Shown one piece after another: positions 39,444 to 49,732 of a stretch of 64,000 bases of DNA. A model generated the notes under the pieces. The model was not told the DNA's origin, ran no database searches, and saw only the letters and a program-made list of their open reading frames with translations. Source of the stretch: Sedimentisphaerales bacterium (GTDB taxonomy: Bacteria; Planctomycetota; Phycisphaerae; Sedimentisphaerales; SM23-30); the NCBI GenBank assembly GCA_963663965.2, contig CAXXFK010000025.1, positions 160,001 through 224,000 of the forward strand. The letters run 5' to 3'. The position numbers and the translations under genes are program-made. Each line of letters begins with the position of its first letter. Positions within the stretch are counted from its first letter, which is position 1.

Positions 39444-41048
39444 TCAAGCTGAGCTGGATTCTTCCAAACGATAATCTGTCATCAGGCGTTTCAGTTCCTG
39501 TTTGAGGGCCTGGATTTTGTCCTGATAGGCGGGGTTATCGTATTGATTGTGCATTTCGAGCGGATCTTTTTTCAAATCATAGAATTCCCATTCGCCTTTC
39601 TCGTAGAACTCAATCAGTTTGTAACGCTGGTCACGTACGCCGCGATGACGGGCCACCGCATGGACGCCCTGCTCGTAATAGGTATAAAGGATGCTTTTTC
39701 GCCAGTTAGAGGGTGTCTTGCCACGGAGCAGGGGCATGAGGGATTCGCCCTGAACTTCCGGTGGGATCTCGATTCCGGCGGCTTCCAATATGGTGGGAGC
39801 ATAATCGATATTTTGTACCATGGCAGTGGGATGGCTGCCGGGTTTGACAACATCCGGCCATTTGATGATCAAAGGATTCCGAAGCGACTCTTCATACATC
39901 CAGCGTTTGTCGTACCAGCCGTGTTCGCCGTTATAGAACCCCTGATCAGAACTGTAGATAACTATCGTGTTCTTATCCAGACCGGTCTGTTTCAGGTAGT
40001 CCAGAACCCGGCCGACGTTTTCATCCATGGCCTTGACACATTTGATGTAGTCTTTCATATAGGCCTGGTATTTCCAGCGGGTAAGATCGTCGCCTGAAAG
40101 ATTCTGTTGACGGAAGTCCTGGTTACGCGGAACGTAATAACTGTCCCAGTCTTTTCTCTGTTGAGGGGTCATACGCTGAAATTCCGCGGCGGTGGACATA
40201 TCGCGGGACTGGGTTTGAGGCGCCTGGGCGCGAATCTCTTCGACCGGCGTATCCGCTGCGGGCGGCGTGACTTTGACATCCATGGCAATATTGATATGGT
40301 CACGGATGGTCATTTCCTGTTCATGCGCGGCGGAAGTGCGGCCGGCGTAATCATCGAACAGATTGGCCGGTTCGGGAATATCAACTCCGTCCAGGAAGTT
40401 AAAATAACGGGGGTGGGGCATCCAGGTTCGATGCGGGGCCTTGTGCCAGCTACAGAGGAAGAACGGTTTTTGCGGATCGCGCCGGTTTTTTAACCAGTCG
40501 ATGGTCAGGTCACCGATGAGATCGGTGCAATAGCCGGGCAGGCGGGTTTTGCCGTCAGGGGTGATAAAATCGGGATTGTAGTACTGGCCCTGGTCGTTGA
40601 GGATCTTGAAGTCATCGAAACCGGTTGGCAGTGTGCCCAGATGCCATTTACCGAAGAGAACCGTCTGATAGCCATTCTGGCGCAGGGCCCTGGCCACGGT
40701 CCATTGATCCGCATTGAAGCGGTTGCCGTTATCTTTGAATCCGTTGATGTGGCTGTGTTTGCCGGTGATGATGGCGGCGCGGCTGGGGCCACAGATGGAG
40801 TTGCAGACAAAGCTGTTTTCGAACAGAGCGCCTTCATCAGCGAGACGATCGATATTGGGGGTTATGTTATGTTCACGAACGAAGGATTGCATGCGAGACC
40901 GGTACGCCCCCAGGGTCTGGAGTGAATGGTCGTCGGAAAAGATGAACAGGATATTGGGATGCCGGGGTAACGGTTGGGACCATTGGGAACTCTGGCAACC
41001 GGCCAAAGCGAGCAAGCCAACACTTTGCAAAAACATTCTTCGATTCAT
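39444..41048 (-). CDS. Sulfatase (S1, N-acetylglucosamine-6-sulfatase-like), Tat lipoprotein
   Basis: MNRRMFL Tat motif and LAGC lipobox; FSDDH, CGPSR, GKWHL, HKAPHR, SDQG, DKRWMYEES. Confidence 0.93.
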   Translation of the reverse strand: MNRRMFLQSVGLLALAGCQSSQWSQPLPRHPNILFIFSDDHSLQTLGAYRSRMQSFVREHNITPNIDRLADEGALFENSFVCNSICGPSRAAIITGKHSHINGFKDNGNRFNADQWTVARALRQNGYQTVLFGKWHLGTLPTGFDDFKILNDQGQYYNPDFITPDGKTRLPGYCTDLIGDLTIDWLKNRRDPQKPFFLCSWHKAPHRTWMPHPRYFNFLDGVDIPEPANLFDDYAGRTSAAHEQEMTIRDHINIAMDVKVTPPAADTPVEEIRAQAPQTQSRDMSTAAEFQRMTPQQRKDWDSYYVPRNQDFRQQNLSGDDLTRWKYQAYMKDYIKCVKAMDENVGRVLDYLKQTGLDKNTIVIYSSDQGFYNGEHGWYDKRWMYEESLRNPLIIKWPDVVKPGSHPTAMVQNIDYAPTILEAAGIEIPPEVQGESLMPLLRGKTPSNWRKSILYTYYEQGVHAVARHRGVRDQRYKLIEFYEKGEWEFYDLKKDPLEMHNQYDNPAYQDKIQALKQELKRLMTDYRLEESSSA

Positions 41049-41095
41049 GATAACTCCCTGTATAAAAATATCTGATTGAAAACAGAGTACACCGA

Positions 41096-42898
41096 TTATC
41101 GACAGGTGACATAAACCTGATGAGGCCCTTGTACCTGGCCGGATAATTCGATATCAGCCTGAAGTTTCAAATTGCCGGTCACCACAGGTACCGCTTTGAA
41201 AGTATATTCCGTTTGTCCCTTTTGAGCCGATCCTGTCAGGATATTACCAGACAGGTCGAGACTGAGCCGGGCCGGTTGAGGCAAGGACGGGAATAATAAT
41301 TTGATATCATAAAGCGCTTCTTTCCGGGCGTCGAGCAGCCAGAAACCATTGGAATCAGGCGCCCAGGGCCGGCCTGAGACATGACGCCAGTCTTCACGGG
41401 TCAGAACGACAGGATTTTCGTGTTCCGTGCCAATATAAATCCGGGGTGGATCGTAATTGTCGGGACGGGTGGAACTGACATCCTCAAACCAGGCTTCGTA
41501 GCGCTGTTTTAACGGCTCAACGATTTCGGGTTTTTCAGCGGCCAGGTTGTGTTCTTCCAGCGGATCAGCAATCATGTCGTATAGCTCAAACTGGGGCGGA
41601 CCATCAGGTTTCTCTTTACCAAAACCCGAGGCGTTGAGCAATTTCCAACGTTGCGTGCGTGCGGCGAAATGGTGATATTTGACTGGAACATCGCCGCGAT
41701 GACTCTGGATCACAATCATCCGATCCGGCCAGTCCACTGCCTGACCTTTGAGCAGGGGCAGGATACTGCGCCCATCCAGATTCAATGTTTCAGGCAATTG
41801 CACCTGACAGGCTTCAGCAACCGTCGGCAAAATATCAATATGGGCGGCAATCCGATCACTCTGATGACCGGCCTTCAACGTTTCGGGCCAATGCATAAAA
41901 AAGGGAGCATGGATCCCCCCTTCATGGACAAAAGACTTCCAGCCTTTCATACCGGCAACGTAGCGGTTGGTATTAGGGCCGTTATCGACCATGAACATCA
42001 CCATGGTATTTTCGGTCAGATTCATCTGTTTTAATTTAGCCATGAGCCGTCCGACATTCTGATCGATATTGGTAACCATGGCGAAAATCCGGGCCAGGGT
42101 ATCCTGATTCACCTTATCCGGCAGCTTATGCCCTTTCTCCTGGGGGAATTGATCGCTGGCCAGATTCATTGATTTATAATGCTGGTAGAGTTCCTCGGGG
42201 ACATCATGGAACGGACCATGAGGCGCGTTGGTAGGGATGTAAGCGAAAAACGGTTTCTTTTCCTGCTGACAACGTTCGAGCCAGGCTATGGCCCGGTCGA
42301 AATAGATATCGGTGCAATAGCCTTTAAAGGATCTGACTTTACCGTTATCGACCAGCATGGGATCGGTATATTTGCCTTCACCTCCGACAGGATCGGAGGG
42401 TTGACCAATACCTCCACCCCGGATGACCAGCGATTCATCAAAACCCTGGTCCATGGGCCGCATGGGATAATTGTCGCCCAGATGCCATTTGCCAAAGATA
42501 CCGGTACGATACCCGGCATCGCGCAGGATTTCGGCCAGAGTGGTTTCCTGAGGTTCCATCATCGCCCGGCCCATATAAGTATCCACCACCCGGGTACGAT
42601 AATTATAACGACCGGTCATCAGGCAGGCGCGCGTGGGGGCACAGACCGGATGAACATAAAAATTGGTCATACTGGCGCTATGACGGGCTAAAGCATCAAT
42701 ATTGGGAGTTTCGATGACAGGATTGCCGGTAAAGCCCAGATCACCATATCCCTGATCATCGGTGATGATCAGAATAACATTGGGCCGGGAGGCCGGTTCC
42801 GCTCCCCACGCCAGACGCCCTGAATTTAAAGCGGCTAATGCCGCAGAGGCGGACAGTCCCGCCAGGAAATCGCGACGCGATACAGGGTATGCAAACAT
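41096..42898 (-). CDS. Arylsulfatase (S1), Tat-exported
   Basis: SRRDFL Tat motif; TDDQGYGD, CAPTR, GKWHLG, NAPHGP, DNGP. Confidence 0.93.
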   Translation of the reverse strand: MFAYPVSRRDFLAGLSASAALAALNSGRLAWGAEPASRPNVILIITDDQGYGDLGFTGNPVIETPNIDALARHSASMTNFYVHPVCAPTRACLMTGRYNYRTRVVDTYMGRAMMEPQETTLAEILRDAGYRTGIFGKWHLGDNYPMRPMDQGFDESLVIRGGGIGQPSDPVGGEGKYTDPMLVDNGKVRSFKGYCTDIYFDRAIAWLERCQQEKKPFFAYIPTNAPHGPFHDVPEELYQHYKSMNLASDQFPQEKGHKLPDKVNQDTLARIFAMVTNIDQNVGRLMAKLKQMNLTENTMVMFMVDNGPNTNRYVAGMKGWKSFVHEGGIHAPFFMHWPETLKAGHQSDRIAAHIDILPTVAEACQVQLPETLNLDGRSILPLLKGQAVDWPDRMIVIQSHRGDVPVKYHHFAARTQRWKLLNASGFGKEKPDGPPQFELYDMIADPLEEHNLAAEKPEIVEPLKQRYEAWFEDVSSTRPDNYDPPRIYIGTEHENPVVLTREDWRHVSGRPWAPDSNGFWLLDARKEALYDIKLLFPSLPQPARLSLDLSGNILTGSAQKGQTEYTFKAVPVVTGNLKLQADIELSGQVQGPHQVYVTCR

Positions 42899-42982
42899 GA
42901 TCGTGCCTTTCATTTGGATATCGGATTTGCGTTAGATAACCATCATCTTCGCCGATCAAGGCCCTGTTTTCAAGTATAATTG

Positions 42983-45900
42983 TCAATCTTCCTGAATGGG
43001 ATATACCGCAACGCGCACGTCATCAGGAGCGAAGGGCTCTATTCTCAAGGTATTATTTCCCGATGTTACGTGTTGGGTGATATCCAATTGATAAGGTTTA
43101 CCAATAAAACCGCCGGCATAATGGCCATTTACGGTGATGCGGGCAGCCGCCTCAACAGGAACGGAATCCATTTCGAGGATGAAGCGCGAATGGTAGCGGG
43201 ATTGACCCTCGGATAATTCAAAGTCGCCCATAAAGGGATCGGCCCGATCGACAGGACTGTAGGTTCTGCGTTTCGCCGAGAGCAACCCCCACGGTTGCGT
43301 ACCATAATCCGCGAAGGCAAATGCGGTTTGCCAGCGGCTATCGTTGAAATCGGGCGATTCCCAGCGGGAACTCTTTTGGGTACTGACACGACAGCCGGCA
43401 TCGAGAGGAATAACGATAGTCTGGCCCGGCAGGGACACGATGAACTTGCCGATCAAGCCGGCGGGATTGCTGTTATCCGCGCCATTGACCGCCTCTATGG
43501 CCGCCACATTCCGGCCCGGGTGAATAAAATCGGTCACATCGAGATCGGCCAGCGCTGCCCAGGTGTTCATAATATTGGAATCTGCCGCGATGAGTCGGCC
43601 GTTGATCCAGAGCGTTAATTGGTTGTCGGCTGTTCCAAGGAAACGGGCTTCGGTGATTTTCTGCCCTGATGGAATCTGAAACGATTTACGGAAATAACAA
43701 GCGCCTGGTTCAACCTGGGAGGCAGGATCGCCGCCCGGCTTCCAGATCCATTGACAACCCCGCAAAGGATCAACCTGCGTTTGATCGTCTTTCACCTTAT
43801 TATCGGCAACAGAAACCTCACGACGTATTACCGGGATTTTCTGTCTGGACTTTTCTTCAAGCGATTCGAGTTTGCGTTTCTGGGCGGCGAAAACCAACAG
43901 GACGCTTTCATTGGACTCCAGAACCATGTCCAGTTCAACCGTATCGCCCTGACGTTTGAAGGGAATAGAACTAATCTCACCACGTAAAGCGTCCCAGCGT
44001 TCCGGATAGCCGGGAGCAGTGATGCGGAACCGGAAATTCCGCCGGGTGTCATCTACGTTCTGGTTACAGATAAAGAAAATATCACGATTATCCTTTATCC
44101 GGTGCAGAGCATGCAGCCAATGTCCGGTTTCGCCCGAGAGGACTTCTAAAGTGGGGTGAATGCCGGCATCAGTAGTCAATACTTGCTGAATCTGTTCCGG
44201 AGTAGGATTGGCTGGCAACAGGTAGGAACGGCCGCCGGCGGCATTGGTTTGACAAACATTCAAGCCGGGAGTGGCATTCCCCCAGATAACCCGGCACAAC
44301 GATTCGATATCGCCGTTATTCCGGCCCAGGGTCGCAGGGCGGGAGGGTAAAAAATCATAACCAACGACAATCCCCCCCTGCTGCCAGAATGCTTTGACTT
44401 TTAACAGGGTTTCATACGGAATCACTTCAATGGGAGGCACGATTAAAATCCGGTACCGTTCCTGATAGAGCAACAGATGGCCGGAATCGATCTTTGCATC
44501 CTTTTCGAATACTTCACGCGGCAGCCAGTCGAAATCAAACAGGGCATCCTGAAGCGATTCGCTGATCTGTTCGGGCATGACCGCCTTGCCGACATTGTAA
44601 CTATTACCCACAAACAGCAATGCCACCGGACAGACATGTCGACCGCCGGACAGCATCATACTCAAGCGGGCAGTATAATCGGCATAGACCCGGTAGAGCG
44701 GCCAGCGCGGTTCTTCGCCGCTGTTATAGAAATAGGGTGGACAATCGGTATCATAGGGTGAACGGGGATTGAAGGAGTGCGGGATATGAAAATTGACTCC
44801 GCAGACCTGCATGTGGTCGGTCCACCATTTCATCTCGGGATAGGTCAGGTTCTGACCACGGGCCCCGAAGATCTCGACCATGGCCAGGTCATCTTTTTTG
44901 CCATAGGCATGACTGATCGAACTGGCCAGCTTGGGTGTCATCCAGGTTGGAACATCGTTCGTTACTCGTTTACCCATGGCAAACTGGCTGAATACAGCGT
45001 CGATACCGCCCATATCGCTGTATTTCTGTAAGCGGATCATATCGCCGGCACAGAACATCAGATTGCGATAGAGATAGCCATGCTCCATGAAGTGTCCGAT
45101 TGAGACCACGCCATGTTGATGACACCAGTTGGTAATGCTGCCATACATGGTCCGGCCCCAGGTTTCGGCGAAGGCATCCAGATACTGATATCTGGCGGCA
45201 GTCTGGTCCGGGCCGTTTAATTCGAATTTATAGGCCACATAGGCTTTTTTCCAATCCACTCCCCATTCGGCCAGAGTTTTGTTCAACTCGGTACCCCAAT
45301 CACCACGCGTTTCTGGTTCGTCATAGAAAAAACCGGGAATCCAGGTACCAAAGTCTTCTTTAAAACGGTCATAATGGGGTTGATACACGGTTTGAATAAA
45401 CCAGTCTACACAATCCTGGCTGGCGCCATCGACACTGAGCTGGCCATTCTGGCCGAGCGGCGGGCCTTGTTTGTGGGTGAATTTCATGATGCGCCATGGC
45501 CCGGAAGGTATCTGCCATGAGAGTTGGCCATTGCGGATAAATTTTGCCAGATCAATCAATGAGTCGCCATCCACTTTACCATCGGCGGTTATCTTTCCGG
45601 CAATGGCGGCAATATATCTTTCGCCCCCGAAGCCCGGGGCGGTGTACTGTTTGGGGCCCGTTACCTCTTCTGCCTGGGCAACCAGCATTTTGGTTGCGTA
45701 ACGAGGTGAAACCTGGCCGGCCACACCCTGACTGGGCCACCATTTCTCATCAAAGATCCACATCTTCAGGTTATGTTTTTTGGCGGCATCCAGACAAATC
45801 GCCAGATCCCGGTACCAGCCTTCGCCCAGCCAGTCATTATGAGGGCGCGACTCAGCGGTAAAGCATCCATTGCCGCCTTCGGCGACAATGGCCACATAAT

Positions 45901-46087
45901 CACGCAATTTCTGTTCGCTTTCATCGCCATGCAGCCAGAAAAGCGGCCCGGTCAATTGGCGTGATTCCATCGGCAACTCGATGAAATGACTATGCCAGTC
46001 AGTCAGCGTATCTGCCCTGGCAATATTAAAAGGAGCACCAACAGCTAACCCTGCCAGCAACACGACACACCACCATGACTTTTTCAT
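42983..46087 (-). CDS. GH106-like (alpha-L-rhamnosidase-like) glycoside hydrolase
   Basis: Signal peptide; PLFWLHG, MWIFDEKWWPS, GFFYDEP, GHFMEH, KLASSISH; rhamnosidase-type beta-sandwich (YFRKSF, TADN...WING, NPAGLI). Confidence 0.75.
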   Translation of the reverse strand: MKKSWWCVVLLAGLAVGAPFNIARADTLTDWHSHFIELPMESRQLTGPLFWLHGDESEQKLRDYVAIVAEGGNGCFTAESRPHNDWLGEGWYRDLAICLDAAKKHNLKMWIFDEKWWPSQGVAGQVSPRYATKMLVAQAEEVTGPKQYTAPGFGGERYIAAIAGKITADGKVDGDSLIDLAKFIRNGQLSWQIPSGPWRIMKFTHKQGPPLGQNGQLSVDGASQDCVDWFIQTVYQPHYDRFKEDFGTWIPGFFYDEPETRGDWGTELNKTLAEWGVDWKKAYVAYKFELNGPDQTAARYQYLDAFAETWGRTMYGSITNWCHQHGVVSIGHFMEHGYLYRNLMFCAGDMIRLQKYSDMGGIDAVFSQFAMGKRVTNDVPTWMTPKLASSISHAYGKKDDLAMVEIFGARGQNLTYPEMKWWTDHMQVCGVNFHIPHSFNPRSPYDTDCPPYFYNSGEEPRWPLYRVYADYTARLSMMLSGGRHVCPVALLFVGNSYNVGKAVMPEQISESLQDALFDFDWLPREVFEKDAKIDSGHLLLYQERYRILIVPPIEVIPYETLLKVKAFWQQGGIVVGYDFLPSRPATLGRNNGDIESLCRVIWGNATPGLNVCQTNAAGGRSYLLPANPTPEQIQQVLTTDAGIHPTLEVLSGETGHWLHALHRIKDNRDIFFICNQNVDDTRRNFRFRITAPGYPERWDALRGEISSIPFKRQGDTVELDMVLESNESVLLVFAAQKRKLESLEEKSRQKIPVIRREVSVADNKVKDDQTQVDPLRGCQWIWKPGGDPASQVEPGACYFRKSFQIPSGQKITEARFLGTADNQLTLWINGRLIAADSNIMNTWAALADLDVTDFIHPGRNVAAIEAVNGADNSNPAGLIGKFIVSLPGQTIVIPLDAGCRVSTQKSSRWESPDFNDSRWQTAFAFADYGTQPWGLLSAKRRTYSPVDRADPFMGDFELSEGQSRYHSRFILEMDSVPVEAAARITVNGHYAGGFIGKPYQLDITQHVTSGNNTLRIEPFAPDDVRVAVYPIQED

Positions 46088-46505
46088 AAAGAACTCCATT
46101 CGCATGTTATGACACCATCGGCCCGATTGCGCCAGGTCAAATGAATAAACGAACATCCATTACCGGCTATTACTCATGATCAATTGATTTATTACCATGG
46201 CATCGCTTCGTAACTTTATATTTATGCCATAGTAACTCAGGTTTATTTTTTAAATGAATGCGATTTTTGTCAATATTTTTATGATATATGATATTTATAA
46301 ATGTCTGATATTCATCCAGGTTCCTTGTTCACTCCGGTCAAATTTATTTGTTTTTAATTCATATTCCTAATTAATAGCTATTACGAATAATTTTCCAAAA
46401 ATCGCCTTGCTCATTTGTCTTTTACCAAATCAACGCCTAAGATTTGATAAAGTTTAAGCAATGATTAACATGTAATGTGTCTAATAAATTGAAAGGATGG
46501 CAATT

Positions 46506-47135
46506 ATGTCTGAATGTTGTAAACCTTGTTTGCAGGTAGGTGCACCGGCTCCTTCTTTTAAAGGTCGGGCTGTAGTTGGTAATGAGATGGTAGATTTGGA
46601 ATATGAAAAAGGGGTATTAAAAGTAGGCGATGAAACGATAAAAGGGAAATATGTTGTGTTATTCTATTATCCACTGGACTTTACGTTTGTTTGTCCAACG
46701 GAAATACTTGCTTTTCATGATAAGATAAGCGCGTTTAAGGAAATAGGCGCTGAGGTTATTGGCGTTTCAGTGGACAGCCCATACACGCACTTGGCTTGGA
46801 AGAACACTCCGCGTAATCAGGGCGGACTGGGACAATTGGATTTTCCGTTATTGTCAGACCTGGGCGGGAAGAACGCCTCGGCTTATGAAGTGCTTTTGGA
46901 AGGCGGCGTTGCGGCACGCGGCGTATTCATTATTGACGAACAGGGAACTCTGCAAAGCTATACGGTTAACAATCTTGGTGTTGGTCGTAATGTTGATGAG
47001 ATCATCCGCCTGATTCAGGGTTTCCAGTTTGTGGCCAAACATGGCGAAGTCTGTCCGGCTAACTGGAAGCCGGGGGCGGATACCATGAAACCCGATCCAG
47101 AAGGATCCAAGGACTATTTCAAAAAGGTTAAATAG
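46506..47135 (+). CDS. ahpC: Typical 2-Cys peroxiredoxin (AhpC/Prx1)
   Basis: [14 protein letters not shown] and [18 protein letters not shown]. Confidence 0.95.
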   Translation: MSECCKPCLQVGAPAPSFKGRAVVGNEMVDLEYEKGVLKVGDETIKGKYVVLFYYPLDFTFVCPTEILAFHDKISAFKEIGAEVIGVSVDSPYTHLAWKNTPRNQGGLGQLDFPLLSDLGGKNASAYEVLLEGGVAARGVFIIDEQGTLQSYTVNNLGVGRNVDEIIRLIQGFQFVAKHGEVCPANWKPGADTMKPDPEGSKDYFKKVK

Positions 47136-47186
47136 CCTATCAATAATTGATCGATTTATATTCTGCTCAAACAGTTAAGCCGTATC

Positions 47187-47218
47187 ACCCTGCAGGATTC
47201 TTCTTGCAGGGTTATTTT
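47187..47218 (+). terminator. Intrinsic terminator after ahpC
   Basis: ACCCTGCAGGA...TCTTGCAGGGT followed by TATTTT. Confidence 0.7.
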
Positions 47219-47253
47219 ATTATAATGAAAGAAGTTATGACTACTTTATCTTC

Positions 47254-47285
47254 TGTCAACAAAATAATATACACTGTGTATAATA
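47254..47285 (+). repeat. Solo copy of the RAYT-flanking REP-like end
   Basis: TGTCAACAAAATAATATACACTGTGTATAATA, 30/32 identical to 58527-58558. Confidence 0.85.
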
Positions 47286-47449
47286 GAAAAAAGCCTGCAA
47301 TTCATCCGCTGGCTCCGGGCCGTCCTGATCAAAAAGACCTCCTGGCCAGCCGCTGTGGATGAATTGAGGCCGCTCATGATGGAATACCTCCAATGAATTT
47401 ACAACACCGTTCGAAAAAAGTATTTGATATTCATAAGAGGGGTCTGGAA

Positions 47450-47477
47450 TTGACAGGGGATTATCAAACGCTATGAT
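47450..47477 (+). promoter_or_regulatory. Sigma70-type promoter for the S9 peptidase
   Basis: TTGACA, 16-nt spacer, TATGAT; AGGAAGGA RBS downstream. Confidence 0.55.
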
Positions 47478-47528
47478 TAGAATTTGAAATAAGTTAATTT
47501 TTAAATCCAGTCCAGGAAGGAAAAACCG

Positions 47529-49625
47529 ATGAAATTTCGAATGTACCTCCAGTGTAACCTGTTAATCGTATTGCTCTTTTCCTGTTGCCATATATTTGCA
47601 GAAACCGGGATAAGCGACCAACACGGATTTTCTGTTTATGACATGCTGGCTATGGATCGGATCTCCGACTGGCTGGTATCGCCGGATGGCCGGCAGATTG
47701 TATTTTGTCTACGGAAGACTGATCTGGACGCTAATCGAGGACGCACGGATCTCTGGCTTGTCAGCAGTGACGGTAGTGCTTTGCGGCAATTGACGACTGA
47801 TCCGGCGAGTGATTTTAATCCACGCTGGAGTGCTGACGGCCAGTCAATCTGGTTTATTTCCACCCGGAGCGGCTCGGCCCAGGTCTGGAGGATTGCTGTT
47901 AATGGTGGGGAAGCCAAACAAATAACTGATTTGCCGCTGGATGCGGGCAATCTGGCTGTATCGCCGGATGGCAGTCTTCTCGCATTTACCCTGGATGTAT
48001 TTATCAATTGCCAGACCATAGCCGAAACCAAACAGCGTCTGGACGAAATCGCGGCCCGGCCGGCTTCCGGCAGAATCTATGACCGTCTGTTTATCCGCCA
48101 CTGGGACACCTGGAAGGATGGCCGGCGTTCTCATTTGTTTGTCATCCCGGCATCGGAGGATAAATATATCGGCGAGCCTGTAGACGTAATGGCCGGGTTG
48201 GATGCCGATACTCCCAGCAAACCCTTTGGCGGCCCGGAAGAGATCACCTTCGCACCGGATGGCCGCTCGATCGTATTTTCCACACGGCTGGCAGGACACT
48301 CAGAAGCCTGGAGTACCAATTTTGATTTGTATCAGGCATCGACCGACGGTTCTGGGAAATTGAAGAACTTAACCCGGGATAATCTCGCCTGGGATACCCA
48401 ACCGGTATTTTCGCCCAATGGCGAAACACTGGCTTATCTGGCAATGCAAAAACCGGCCTATGAATCGGACCGGATGCGAATTGTACTGCGTAATATGCAG
48501 ACGGGAACAACCAGAATTTTAACTGAGGACTGGGATCGGTCACCCGGCAGTTTGTGCTGGTCGCCGGATGGCAAAACACTTTACGCAACGGCCGGCAATA
48601 TCGGACAGAATTCCTTGTTCGCAGTTAATGTTAAAGACGGTAAAGCCAAAACGATTGTAGATGAAGGCTGGATCGGATCGCCACAGATGATCCATGGATC
48701 CTCCCCACGGGATTACCGTATCCTGTTTGGTATGGACCATTTGAAATCACCAGTTGAACTTTATAGTGTTAAGCCGACAGGGGATGATATTCAAACGATT
48801 ACCGCAATCAATGCCCATAAAATTGCCATTACCCGCCTGGGTGACTTTGAACAATTCAATTTCGCCGGATGGAACGATGAAACCGTTTATGGCTATCTGG
48901 TTAAACCGGCAGGATTTGAAACCGGCAGGAAGTATCCGGTCGCGTTCCTGATTCATGGCGGACCGCAGGGTTCTTTCGGTAACCATTTTCATTACCGCTG
49001 GAATCCGCAGGCCTATGCCGGAGCCGGGTATGCCGTTGTGATGATCGATTTCCACGGCTCCACCGGATACGGACAGGCCTTTACCGATTCGATTCAGGGC
49101 GACTGGGGCGGCAAACCGCTGGAAGACCTGCAAAAAGGTCTGGCCGCCGCGCTCAAACGGTATCCGTGGCTGGATGGCGATCGGGTGGGCGCGCTGGGCG
49201 CTTCCTATGGCGGCTTTATGATTAACTGGATCGCCGGCAACTGGCCGGACCGGTTCCGCTGCCTGGTCAATCACGATGGGAATCTGGACGAACATATGGC
49301 ATACTATGATACCGATGAACTGTGGTTTCCCGAACACGATCATTGCGGCACACCGTGGGAGAATCCGGAAGGATACGAAAAACACAATCCGATTCATTTT
49401 ATCAAAAACTGGCAAACGCCCATGCTGGTGATTCATGGCGCCCTGGATTACCGGGTGGTCGATACCCAGGGGATCTCGACCTTTACCGCGCTGCAACGCC
49501 GGGGTATCCCAAGCAAACTGCTTTATTTTCCGGACGAAAATCACTGGATAAGCAAACCCCAGAATTCGATTCTCTGGCATGAAACGGTATTGGGATGGCT
49601 GGATGAGTACCTGATGAAAAAGTAA
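47529..49625 (+). CDS. S9 family peptidase (prolyl oligopeptidase/dipeptidyl peptidase-like, S9C)
   Basis: Signal peptide, PD40 propeller, IHGGPQG, GASYGG nucleophile, DYRV, ENHW. Confidence 0.95.
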   Translation: MKFRMYLQCNLLIVLLFSCCHIFAETGISDQHGFSVYDMLAMDRISDWLVSPDGRQIVFCLRKTDLDANRGRTDLWLVSSDGSALRQLTTDPASDFNPRWSADGQSIWFISTRSGSAQVWRIAVNGGEAKQITDLPLDAGNLAVSPDGSLLAFTLDVFINCQTIAETKQRLDEIAARPASGRIYDRLFIRHWDTWKDGRRSHLFVIPASEDKYIGEPVDVMAGLDADTPSKPFGGPEEITFAPDGRSIVFSTRLAGHSEAWSTNFDLYQASTDGSGKLKNLTRDNLAWDTQPVFSPNGETLAYLAMQKPAYESDRMRIVLRNMQTGTTRILTEDWDRSPGSLCWSPDGKTLYATAGNIGQNSLFAVNVKDGKAKTIVDEGWIGSPQMIHGSSPRDYRILFGMDHLKSPVELYSVKPTGDDIQTITAINAHKIAITRLGDFEQFNFAGWNDETVYGYLVKPAGFETGRKYPVAFLIHGGPQGSFGNHFHYRWNPQAYAGAGYAVVMIDFHGSTGYGQAFTDSIQGDWGGKPLEDLQKGLAAALKRYPWLDGDRVGALGASYGGFMINWIAGNWPDRFRCLVNHDGNLDEHMAYYDTDELWFPEHDHCGTPWENPEGYEKHNPIHFIKNWQTPMLVIHGALDYRVVDTQGISTFTALQRRGIPSKLLYFPDENHWISKPQNSILWHETVLGWLDEYLMKK

Positions 49626-49666
49626 TATCCTGCCAAGATATCTAATAAAAGGAACCTCTAAAGCAA

Positions 49667-49698
49667 AAGCCGGGATCGTCAAATACGAATCCCGGCTT
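49667..49698. terminator. Bidirectional terminator between convergent genes
   Basis: AAGCCGGGAT...ATCCCGGCTT. Confidence 0.75.
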
Positions 49699-49732
49699 AT
49701 TGTTTAGACGATTTCAAGGCGTCATGACGATC

